DNA from: an uncultured virus (IMG/VR IMGVR_UViG_3300030103_004582)
Taxonomy: Duplodnaviria > Heunggongvirae > Uroviricota > Caudoviricetes
Reading direction: 5' to 3' (one strand)
DNA: 37,870 bases
IMG/VR virus record: IMGVR_UViG_3300030103_004582
Coordinates: 62,001 to 99,870 of that record
The notes under the pieces are model-generated. The model saw only the letters and a list, made by a program, of their open reading frames with translations, did not search any database and had not been told where the DNA came from. The translations under genes were made by a program, and so were the position numbers. Of this stretch, positions 28,361-36,740 are shown piece after piece (within the stretch, counting starts at the first letter, position 1; each line of letters begins with the position of its first letter).

Positions 28361-29863
28361 TTATGATAATTTTCTCATCAAATCTTTAATCGCAGTTATT
28401 TGTGGATCTACATAAGCAGTAGATTCATTCAAATCCGATTTAGAAGACTTAACAGTTTTATTAACTTTATTCTCTACAGATTCTGTAATTGGTGACTTAG
28501 AATCTAATTCACTTTTTACTGACTTGTAGATAGATTTTGATTCTTTGATACTTTCTGCATTATCAAATCTTTTTAAGATTTCCATCTTTTCTGATTTGGT
28601 TGTAGAATGTTCAGTGAATAATCTATTTACGTATGCTAAATTTGTGTTGAATAAAGCAACTTCGTTTAACTTATTCTTGAATACTTTAAGTGCTCCTTTA
28701 TACTCTTCGTTTTTGGATTTTAACTCTTTGTATTCCTTCATAATTTTTGATTCCGATACTTTTTGTACATTTTTAGGTGTTCTTCTTTTTCTAGATTCTG
28801 ATACACCACCGTAAGGACTTGCTTGATCTGACCCAGCTTTGGCACCACTATATCTTTGGTAACCAGTTGATTGGTGTCTTTTAAGTTTGTCTTCTTCGAT
28901 TGCTTCTTCTTCGTCTAAATCAACGATTTCTTCGGTTTCATCCATATAGTCTCTATGACTTCTAGACTCATCGCCTTTATTTCCGCCATATTCACCTTCT
29001 TTCATATAGTCTTCACCTTCTTCCATATAGTCTTCACCTTCTTCCATATAGTCTCTGTGACTTCTAGACTCATCGCCTTTATTTCCGCCATATTCACCTT
29101 CTTCCATATAGTCTCTGTGACTTCTAGATTCGTCTCCTTTATTGCCGCCATATTTACCTTCTTCCATGTAATCTCTACGACTTTTAGATTCGTCTCCTTT
29201 ATTGCCTCCATAAGGTTGTTCTTCAGAAAGTTCGATTTCGTACATTACTTCTTCGTCAATAGGATCGTGACCTTCATATTTTTTACCACATCCTGCTTCC
29301 TCATTCATACATCCTTCCTCTTCGTCAAGACTATCGTATGATTCTTCATAATGTTCGTCACCTTCTTTGATGTAGTATTCTGCACCGGTTTCGTTATCTG
29401 TTAAGTGGATTCCGTCAGCGTCTTTAACAACTTCAACTTCGTCTTCATCGCTCATTTTCTTAAATACTGCGATTACTTCTTCGTCTGATGCACCAGTTAA
29501 ATCTAATTCTTCCTCATCACCCATATCTAATTCTGCAGGTAATTCAGCAACATCTAATTCAACTTCTTCACCACCGTCTCCCGCCAAAGCGTCAAGATCG
29601 ACATCTAAATCCATTAATTCTGACTCTTCTGAGTCATCTCCAGCTTCTGCTGGCATTTCTTCCATTTCTTCATCGGACCCTTCCACATCGATTTCTAATT
29701 CTTCTTCGTCTTCTTGTTCATTTAGAGACGACTCAACGATGTTCTCAATTTCTTGTTTCATATGTGAAGCAAGCATTTCTTTCGTATTGGCTTTTAAGGC
29801 ATCCTCTAAAGACTTCGCTTCTAACAAAGCCTCTTCGATGATTGATTTTCTTTTTGTAGCCAT
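28361..29863 (-). CDS. Prohead core scaffolding protein (gp22 position)
   Basis: Very acidic, coiled-coil ends, located between protease and capsid genes. Confidence 0.8.
   Translation of the reverse strand: MATKRKSIIEEALLEAKSLEDALKANTKEMLASHMKQEIENIVESSLNEQEDEEELEIDVEGSDEEMEEMPAEAGDDSEESELMDLDVDLDALAGDGGEEVELDVAELPAELDMGDEEELDLTGASDEEVIAVFKKMSDEDEVEVVKDADGIHLTDNETGAEYYIKEGDEHYEESYDSLDEEEGCMNEEAGCGKKYEGHDPIDEEVMYEIELSEEQPYGGNKGDESKSRRDYMEEGKYGGNKGDESRSHRDYMEEGEYGGNKGDESRSHRDYMEEGEDYMEEGEDYMKEGEYGGNKGDESRSHRDYMDETEEIVDLDEEEAIEEDKLKRHQSTGYQRYSGAKAGSDQASPYGGVSESRKRRTPKNVQKVSESKIMKEYKELKSKNEEYKGALKVFKNKLNEVALFNTNLAYVNRLFTEHSTTKSEKMEILKRFDNAESIKESKSIYKSVKSELDSKSPITESVENKVNKTVKSSKSDLNESTAYVDPQITAIKDLMRKLS
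28941..29212 (-). repeat. Coding tandem repeat: four 60-bp units plus two 21-bp partial units
   Basis: YGGNKGDES[RK]S[HR]RDYM four times and EEGEDYM twice. Confidence 0.95.
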
Positions 29864-29933
29864 TGTAAATTTTTATTTTTTTTACATTTTGTTATTATAA
29901 TAAAAAATGCAGCACTATAAAATGCCATTTTTT

Positions 29934-29941
29934 TATAAATA
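29934..29941 (-). promoter_or_regulatory. Putative late promoter for the scaffold and capsid genes
   Basis: Minus strand GCATATTTATA, about 70 nt upstream of ATG 29863. Confidence 0.65.
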
Positions 29942-29977
29942 TGCAAAAAATGATAAAAGTGTGGATTTATTGTGAAA

Positions 29978-30667
29978 TTAATCTGACAAAAAATTATCTA
30001 AAGAATCAATTAATAAATCTTTATCTTTATTTTCTTTAGATTCGGACATTTGTTGTTCTTTGGAAGGTGATTCATTATATATCCAAGATCCTGGTGTTGA
30101 TGGTGAAGTAACTACATCCCAACATATTAATTCGAAGTCATCTTGTACAATGTTTTTACCATCTTCTTTTTTTAATGAACCTACACCTCTAGATGATACA
30201 CCTATCTTTAAACCTTTTCTTAAAAGGTTAGCAACTTGATCTCCTTCACATGATATAATACCTTGTGTAACAAATCCTGGTGACATAATGATTTCTAATT
30301 TACCCATTAGCACATTACCTTCCCACCATAGTTCAGTTACGTTATGAGAAATTCTACTAATAGCAACAATTGAAGAATCTGGATGGTCTGCCTCACCCAT
30401 AGCCCTTTTTTCTTCAATAAGTTTCATATAGTTTTCAGATTCTTTTTTAAGTATCTTTTCAGGATATACTCTACCATTTCTATTCTCCACACCATATTTT
30501 TGCATTACTGCATAAACAACTAAAGGATCTTCGACTATTTGTCCACCTTTAGTTAGTTTATTTATTTCATTAATGAAGTGTCTATTATCTTTAGGAGAGA
30601 TGTATCCCGCATCATATTCTACTAAGATACCTTTTTTATTTAACTCATTGTTTTTTAAAATTTCCAT
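29978..30667 (-). CDS. gp21: Prohead protease, T4 gp21-like
   Basis: NRNGRVYP, GEADHP, SH, GVSSRGVGS, WDVV..PSTP. Confidence 0.95.
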   Translation of the reverse strand: MEILKNNELNKKGILVEYDAGYISPKDNRHFINEINKLTKGGQIVEDPLVVYAVMQKYGVENRNGRVYPEKILKKESENYMKLIEEKRAMGEADHPDSSIVAISRISHNVTELWWEGNVLMGKLEIIMSPGFVTQGIISCEGDQVANLLRKGLKIGVSSRGVGSLKKEDGKNIVQDDFELICWDVVTSPSTPGSWIYNESPSKEQQMSESKENKDKDLLIDSLDNFLSD

Positions 30668-30686
30668 AATATAGATATACTTTACA

Positions 30687-30694
30687 TATAAATA
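30687..30694 (-). promoter_or_regulatory. Putative late promoter
   Basis: TATTTATA, 19 nt before ATG 30667. Confidence 0.65.
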
Positions 30695-30714
30695 TACCTT
30701 TATTATAAAAAACT

Positions 30715-31149
30715 TTAGTTTTTAGTTTTATAAAAAGAGAAATGGTTGTTAGTGTCTAAACAATCTTTTATAACATCTTTTATAATTTGTTTAGATGAAT
30801 CTACAATTAATGGATTATTAACAGGTATTGATTCTTTTTGAAATAAAGTTATTTCACAAGACATAAAACTTCTTTTGGTTGGTTTTATACCTGAAGATCT
30901 CATATCAAGATCTACTATATATTTTCCTCTATGGAATTCATTTAAATTATAACTATTAATTTTGTGTTTAATATTTTTTCTTAATTTATTAATTACACCT
31001 TCATAGTTTAAATCTATATCATATTTTTTTAATTGTCCCCAAGCGGAGAGATTTATGTATATTGTTTTTGGGTTTTTATTATCCACCGTCCCAACTTTTA
31101 TTTTATAATTTGGGTTTAAATCTAATTTTAATTCTTTTCCTCGTTTCAT
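30715..31149 (-). CDS. Basic hypothetical protein with a host-type promoter
   Basis: 144-aa ORF. Confidence 0.75.
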   Translation of the reverse strand: MKRGKELKLDLNPNYKIKVGTVDNKNPKTIYINLSAWGQLKKYDIDLNYEGVINKLRKNIKHKINSYNLNEFHRGKYIVDLDMRSSGIKPTKRSFMSCEITLFQKESIPVNNPLIVDSSKQIIKDVIKDCLDTNNHFSFYKTKN

Positions 31150-31181
31150 TCATAGTTAATTTCTTTTATGTTATTTTAATA

Positions 31182-31213
31182 TAAAGATAATCATTTTTAT
31201 TTATGATGTCAAA
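31182..31213 (-). promoter_or_regulatory. Host-type promoter
   Basis: TTTG(ACA)-N20-TATCTTTA. Confidence 0.65.
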
Positions 31214-31221
31214 CTATGCAT

Positions 31222-31248
31222 AAAAAAACCCACTGTTTAGTGGGTTTT
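31222..31248 (-). terminator. Intrinsic terminator
   Basis: Perfect 10-bp stem AAAACCCACT/AGTGGGTTTT with 4-nt loop; T7 tail on the minus strand. Confidence 0.85.
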
Positions 31249-31255
31249 AATAGGT

Positions 31256-32017
31256 TTATTCTGTTACTGAATTTTTTAAATTATATATACTATCGATATC
31301 AGTAGGGAATGTTTCTTCATTAAAAGATGTTCTTAATAATTTATCTTTAACTTTTAAAAGTTTATCTTTTAAATCTAAATCTGAATTTTCATTTAAACGT
31401 TTATCAATAATATCTATACACTCATTTTTTAAATTAGTATAAGTTTCTTTCTTATCTTCCTCATTACCGTTTAAAATGTTTTTAATAATACTTTTTTCTT
31501 CTTCACTAATATTTTCATATTTGTTATTAAATTTATTTACTGCTAATTTAGTTAAAATTGAAGGTGGTACACCTGTAGCATCATATTCACTTTCTACTAT
31601 TATTTCTTCTTTTAACATTCTTTCTTTAAAGAAATTTAAAGACTTTTGTATTTTTTCTAAACTATTAGGTGTCTTTTTAGTGTTACGTAAAATATTAAGA
31701 TGTTTATATATTTCATCATTTTCATTTACTAATTCCTTATCACCTAGAATACTTTTAAGTTTATTTAATCCTTTAGATGGATTGTTATTTTTTAATAAAT
31801 CTATGTTTTCTTTGATATAATCTTTAGCGTCAGATTCATTATTAAATTTTTTAGTAGTTAAGTTTTTATAAATAAGATATTCTCTTTTTAAGCTACTATC
31901 TTCTTTAAGTACTTGTATATATTTTTTAAATAATTTTTTACCTTCATTATTTTTAGTTAAAATAGATTCAGATAATATATTATTAAAAGTGTCCTTTATG
32001 TGTCCAAAATTAGTCAT
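31256..32017 (-). CDS. Helical head-module protein, putative prohead core protein
   Basis: 253-aa Lys/Glu-rich ORF between portal and protease. Confidence 0.65.
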   Translation of the reverse strand: MTNFGHIKDTFNNILSESILTKNNEGKKLFKKYIQVLKEDSSLKREYLIYKNLTTKKFNNESDAKDYIKENIDLLKNNNPSKGLNKLKSILGDKELVNENDEIYKHLNILRNTKKTPNSLEKIQKSLNFFKERMLKEEIIVESEYDATGVPPSILTKLAVNKFNNKYENISEEEKSIIKNILNGNEEDKKETYTNLKNECIDIIDKRLNENSDLDLKDKLLKVKDKLLRTSFNEETFPTDIDSIYNLKNSVTE

Positions 32018-32032
32018 ATTCTTTTGTTTATT

Positions 32033-32040
32033 TATAAATA
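32033..32040 (-). promoter_or_regulatory. Putative late promoter
   Basis: TATTTATA, 15 nt before ATG 32017. Confidence 0.65.
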
Positions 32041-32059
32041 TTAAGTTTTAATAAAAAGT

Positions 32060-34012
32060 TTACTTTTCTTCGTTTTCAATAATACTATCTATTTCTTTTG
32101 ACATTTCTTCTATCTTAGAGTTAATTGTATTAACTTCATCGTCTAAATTTTCTACATTAAAAACTTTTTCATTTTCATCTATACTTTCCATTAATCTTTT
32201 GAAGTACATATTTTGATATTTTTTAACTTTACTATTTAACACTTCTCTTTGTTTTTCTTCCATTAAAAGATTTTCTTTTTTGTCTATAGATTCGACTGCT
32301 GCACCCGCTTCAGCTGCCGCTGCTTCTCCACCTGCATCAGTAGCCGCAGCATCATCCATACCACCAGCTAAGTCTGCACCAAAGTCAGATCCACCTCCGA
32401 AGTCATCACCACCAGTGTCTCCACCCATATCACCTCCTGCTGCGTCACCTCCAGATTCTCCTTCAGCACCCATTGGATCACCATATAATGTATCAACTCT
32501 ATCAAAGATACCTGTTTTCTTAATTACTGTAGACGTTTGTTCCATTTCTGCACTAGCCGCTTTTTCCATTCTTTGTTGTTCTAAGTCATTGCGTATTTCT
32601 TCTTCAGACATACCTAATATATCTCTTTTAGCTCTAGTCATAGAATAAGCACCAAACCCATTACCTGCGTCTGACACTGCGTCTTTATATAAGGTAACTT
32701 TTAATTGGGTTTGTTCTATCTTCAACATCTCTGCTTGTGTAGATGGGTTATTAAGTGTTAATGTAAAATTTTCTAATTCATCTTCTAAACCTAAAATATA
32801 AAGGTGTATGATTGCAATTTTATTTAATTCTTGTATAATTGCCTGTTGTACTCTATTAATTGTCCTAGAGAATCTAATATCTTGTAATGCTAAATTTTTA
32901 CCCTCACCTGTTACTTCTTCAAAACCTAAAAATGGTTTAGGTACTCTTAATGCAGTAAATAATTTCTTTTGAAGGAATTGTATATCAGCAATTTCAGATA
33001 GGTTAGTAGCACCAGGAAGAGTATCAATAGGGCTAGGTGCATTTTGATCCCTTACAGGTACAAAATAATCTTGATCTTGTGCCATTTGATTGTAACGTGT
33101 ATCTATTTGTCCTGTTTGTTGGTCAATTACAGGACTTCTTTTAAAGTTATCTGCGATTTTGTTCACATATGCTGGTACATCTTTCTCATCGATGTTACCA
33201 ACAAATATTTTAAATATTCTTCTTTCAGGTGCTCTAGTTACTCTATATATTAACATAGCATCTTCGGACAAAAGTAATTGTTTCCAAATTCTTCTAGCTT
33301 TTTCTAAAATAGAAGTCCCATATGGTAATCTTCTATCATCACCTAATAATCTAAAGTGTGCCACTTGCCACGCATTAAACTCCATATCTTTTTGTCCCCA
33401 CACAAATTTAACTGGATTAAATTTATCTTGTGTAGATAAGTTAGAATTTTCACCAAATCCATCATTTTCTTTTCTCGCAATTTCAATATTAGGTAATTGT
33501 TTTACACTTTGGACTCCATCTTCACTATCGATAGACAAATATAAAAAATTATCACCATATTTACATGTGTTTCTCACCCACATTGGTAAGTTAGTGTGAA
33601 TATCTAGTCTATTAAAAAATAAGTCTTGTAATATTCTTCTTACTCTTTTACTTTCTGAAAATATATTAAGTATTTTACCATCACTATTAGGTGTTGTAGA
33701 TTCCTCCATAAAAATATCCAACGCCGCAGCAATTTCTGGAAAGAATTCCATCCCCTCAAAATCTGCATAAGATGCCAATCTTGTTGTTTCATAATATATT
33801 GAGTGTTGGTAAATCTCATTGTCTACCTTTTTCCATTGATTCGCTAGATATGCGTCTTGTTGTTTTTGAAGTAATTCATAATCATATTCTTCTTTTGATT
33901 GAGTTTTTAACAACTCTTTATCGTTTATTGAATATCTTGATTTACTTTCCGCTTGTTTTCTTTCAGGACCAAATAAGTCACTTAACTGTTGAAATATTGT
34001 TTTTCTTGCCAT
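32060..34012 (-). CDS. gp20: Portal protein, T4 gp20-like
   Basis: PEIAAALD, EDAMLIYRVTRAPERRIF.I.VGN, DYFVP.R, IDTLPG..NL, KLFTALRVP. Confidence 0.96.
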   Translation of the reverse strand: MARKTIFQQLSDLFGPERKQAESKSRYSINDKELLKTQSKEEYDYELLQKQQDAYLANQWKKVDNEIYQHSIYYETTRLASYADFEGMEFFPEIAAALDIFMEESTTPNSDGKILNIFSESKRVRRILQDLFFNRLDIHTNLPMWVRNTCKYGDNFLYLSIDSEDGVQSVKQLPNIEIARKENDGFGENSNLSTQDKFNPVKFVWGQKDMEFNAWQVAHFRLLGDDRRLPYGTSILEKARRIWKQLLLSEDAMLIYRVTRAPERRIFKIFVGNIDEKDVPAYVNKIADNFKRSPVIDQQTGQIDTRYNQMAQDQDYFVPVRDQNAPSPIDTLPGATNLSEIADIQFLQKKLFTALRVPKPFLGFEEVTGEGKNLALQDIRFSRTINRVQQAIIQELNKIAIIHLYILGLEDELENFTLTLNNPSTQAEMLKIEQTQLKVTLYKDAVSDAGNGFGAYSMTRAKRDILGMSEEEIRNDLEQQRMEKAASAEMEQTSTVIKKTGIFDRVDTLYGDPMGAEGESGGDAAGGDMGGDTGGDDFGGGSDFGADLAGGMDDAAATDAGGEAAAAEAGAAVESIDKKENLLMEEKQREVLNSKVKKYQNMYFKRLMESIDENEKVFNVENLDDEVNTINSKIEEMSKEIDSIIENEEK

Positions 34013-34039
34013 TTTATTAAATATCTTTTTACTATTATA

Positions 34040-34048
34040 ATAAATATC
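34040..34048 (-). promoter_or_regulatory. Putative late promoter
   Basis: GATATTTAT, 27 nt before ATG 34012. Confidence 0.6.
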
Positions 34049-34064
34049 TAGTAAAAACTAAATA

Positions 34065-35858
34065 TTACTTTATACCAAATAACCAATTATATTCTCCATT
34101 ATCGTTATTTCCATTATTTTGTTTAGGTTCATATGTAGGGGTATTACTATAAAATGGATTTACATGTGTTTGTTTAGGTGTAATCTTATTAGTATTATTA
34201 CTAACTGTAGTCCAACTATCTAACATTGCTCTAGTTTGATTTTCTATCTGTTTTAATTTTTTAAACGTAGTTTGTACCACAAATATTGGCATTGCTAATG
34301 CCATAATTATATCATCATGATATCCATCCATATGATCTGGTCTACCATTTCTATAGACAAAAGTTTTTAATTCTGAAATTAATCTTACTGATCGTATAAT
34401 AGTTTTATTCTCCCTAATATGTTCTTCTAAATCACTAACCATTTGTAATCTACTACTACCCACATTAAAACCAGGTACTTTATCCCCTTGTTTATATAAG
34501 GTTTTAGCATATTTTTCACTTAATTTTCTACTTTTAGGATCATCGTAGTGTAAATGTGTGTATCCCATTTCTAATAATTTCATAACTGTAGAAACTCCCA
34601 TACCACCTGTAATATCTACTACAGTATATGCATTATATAAATTACCATATTTATAAACTATTTCTGCCAACAAATCTGGAGGTAATTTATATTTAAATTC
34701 TGCAACTTGTTCTAAGTTTTCAAAATCTAAAATAACAATAGTAGAACTATCTTTACCATCACCTCTAGAAACATCCACACCCATAATATATTTATGACCT
34801 TCTTCTGGTTCTTTCCATATCCACATAGATTTTTCCATCTCTGCCTTATATTTAGGTTCTTGTACATTATTTTGTTCTTGAAATTCTATGTATTCATCAT
34901 CAATAACATTACCACCAGAGGATACAAATGATACATCTAATTCTTGTGCAATTTGTTTTTTATCCCCATTCATGTCTCTACACATTTCTTCATACCATGG
35001 AGAAGAACCTTTCCAACCATCACTAACCATTATATTATAGTCTTTAATATCTATACTATTAGTTTCGTAAGTTTTACCACTATATTCCCACCTTAATGTT
35101 TCTCTACCTACTGTCTCACAAACAATTTCCTCATTTTCACCTCTTAACCACCTTAAACCTCTATTGTATCTAATATCTTCATGCCACCTCATTTCAATTA
35201 TATTGAAGTTATTATCCCCTTGTTTTGCACCATCATAAGTTTTATAATATAATGCATCTTGACCATTAGGTGTTGAAATAAGTGTTACCTTACCACCCGT
35301 ACCTAACGATGTTAAAGCGGCACCGAATACTTCTGCACCATTATCGATAAACGCTGCCTCATCCATAATTAAAAATGTCGGTGTATAACCCCTAAGTGCA
35401 TCTTTTGATGTTGCTAATGCTTTTACTTCACATTGAGTGTCTTTAGTTTTGATATGTCCTTTGGCTTCAATAGATAAATAAGAATCCCCTTCATCAATAC
35501 CCCATACCCATGATGGTATCTGATCTAAGAAATCTTTTATTTTTTTTAAAAACTCTTGTGCTAATGTTTGTTTATTGGCTAATACTAGTACTTTCCAAGG
35601 ATTATTAGGATCACCAAACGCAATTTTTGCTGCAATATATGCTGCAGTAGTTGTAGATACACCTGCCTGTCTTGGTTTAGTTACAATATTACGATTATGT
35701 TTTTCATATGATTTAATTATTTCTTTCTGTTTATGAAATAATTTAAAAGGAACAAATCCTTTTTGTGTTAAATCATATGTTTTAAGAAACGTCTCTATTG
35801 CGTATATAGGATCACCCAAACACTTCGCATATACCTTTAATTGTTGTCCTCTATCCAT
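34065..35858 (-). CDS. gp17: Terminase large subunit, T4 gp17-like
   Basis: KPRQAGVST (Walker A), LIMDEAAF (Walker B), ISTPNG, MGVDVSRGDGKDSS, HDDIIMA. Confidence 0.96.
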   Translation of the reverse strand: MDRGQQLKVYAKCLGDPIYAIETFLKTYDLTQKGFVPFKLFHKQKEIIKSYEKHNRNIVTKPRQAGVSTTTAAYIAAKIAFGDPNNPWKVLVLANKQTLAQEFLKKIKDFLDQIPSWVWGIDEGDSYLSIEAKGHIKTKDTQCEVKALATSKDALRGYTPTFLIMDEAAFIDNGAEVFGAALTSLGTGGKVTLISTPNGQDALYYKTYDGAKQGDNNFNIIEMRWHEDIRYNRGLRWLRGENEEIVCETVGRETLRWEYSGKTYETNSIDIKDYNIMVSDGWKGSSPWYEEMCRDMNGDKKQIAQELDVSFVSSGGNVIDDEYIEFQEQNNVQEPKYKAEMEKSMWIWKEPEEGHKYIMGVDVSRGDGKDSSTIVILDFENLEQVAEFKYKLPPDLLAEIVYKYGNLYNAYTVVDITGGMGVSTVMKLLEMGYTHLHYDDPKSRKLSEKYAKTLYKQGDKVPGFNVGSSRLQMVSDLEEHIRENKTIIRSVRLISELKTFVYRNGRPDHMDGYHDDIIMALAMPIFVVQTTFKKLKQIENQTRAMLDSWTTVSNNTNKITPKQTHVNPFYSNTPTYEPKQNNGNNDNGEYNWLFGIK

Positions 35859-35873
35859 AAGATAAGTTTACTA

Positions 35874-35882
35874 ATAAATATC
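35874..35882 (-). promoter_or_regulatory. Putative late promoter
   Basis: GATATTTAT, 15 nt before ATG 35858. Confidence 0.65.
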
Positions 35883-35899
35883 AAAATGTAAATAAATAG

Positions 35900-36736
35900 T
35901 TAAAATGCAACTAAATTACCGTTTTTCCACGCTTCGTAATTGGGTCCTAATTCGTAAGTGATTGTTCTACCATCCCTAACTTTTTTAATAATACCCGCAT
36001 GTACTGCCGCTCTAAAAAATGTTGAGTGTTGTCCTGATGATCTACCTCTAGAATTTATATATCTTAAAAATCCTTCTTTAGTTTTCTTAGGTTTTTCTTG
36101 AATGTAATTTATTAGTGACTGTATCATACCATCCTTTTTCTCAAAAGTTAGTCCCGCAGTTTTAGGGAATAGCACTAGTCCGTGTCTTTCTGCAAAATTA
36201 TGAATTTTATTTATAATTTCCCCATCAAAACCTATACCCCTTATTTTTTTATATAAAATTGATGCTAATTGTATTGCTTTTTTAGGTGGGTTATTTTTAA
36301 AAAGGTATTCTAGTGCGGGTTCTATTGACAATAGAATTCTTTCTACGGTTTCATTTCCTGCCACCGAATCATCAAATAAATAAAGTATTTGTTTTAGTTC
36401 TATTGCCTTCTGTGGGGGTGGGATATTGGATACATATACGTCATCACTAAGTTTTTCTGCAATTGCATTCATATACCTTCTATAAGGTCTAGGATTAAAA
36501 CCTAAGTAACCCGAATTTCGTACTCTATCTAACATTTTATAACCTAATAAGTGATATAACATCTCATCTTCTATAACTTCATCTACAGTAAACCCATATG
36601 TATTTACTATTAAATCCCAAACATATTCAAAATCATCATTTTCAATTTCTTTATAAACTTTATCCATAAAGTTAGTGCGGTTAGTATCTTCCGATACAAA
36701 CTTACGATATTGTTCCTCTGTTAATTTAATCTTCAT
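35900..36736 (-). CDS. Hypothetical protein with possible C-terminal winged helix; likely start MKIKLTEEQY
   Basis: ATG at 36736 follows the upstream stop; C-terminal STFFRAAVHAGIIKKVRDGRTITYELG. Confidence 0.7.
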   Translation of the reverse strand: MKIKLTEEQYRKFVSEDTNRTNFMDKVYKEIENDDFEYVWDLIVNTYGFTVDEVIEDEMLYHLLGYKMLDRVRNSGYLGFNPRPYRRYMNAIAEKLSDDVYVSNIPPPQKAIELKQILYLFDDSVAGNETVERILLSIEPALEYLFKNNPPKKAIQLASILYKKIRGIGFDGEIINKIHNFAERHGLVLFPKTAGLTFEKKDGMIQSLINYIQEKPKKTKEGFLRYINSRGRSSGQHSTFFRAAVHAGIIKKVRDGRTITYELGPNYEAWKNGNLVAF

Positions 36737-36740
36737 AATA

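Noticed and set aside
28941..29212. CRISPR-like periodic repeat
   Set aside because: In-frame coding tandem repeat with synonymous variation and no unique spacers.
241..34020. Short antisense or overlapping ORFs in the track (for example 241, 3054, 3346, 7191, 10805, 16450, 17965, 22357, 27219, 27570, 28545, 28955, 29002, 29488, 31476, 32280, 33044, 33159, 33772)
   Set aside because: Shadows of well-supported genes, with no motifs or independent signals.
35650..35685. Terminase Walker A lacks the canonical Lys (RQAGVST)
   Set aside because: KxRQxGxS/T is a known deviant Walker A in terminases; the other motifs are intact.
26582..35858. Inteins or introns in terminase, portal or capsid genes
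   Set aside because: No splice-junction or homing-endonuclease motifs seen, and the ORFs are continuous.
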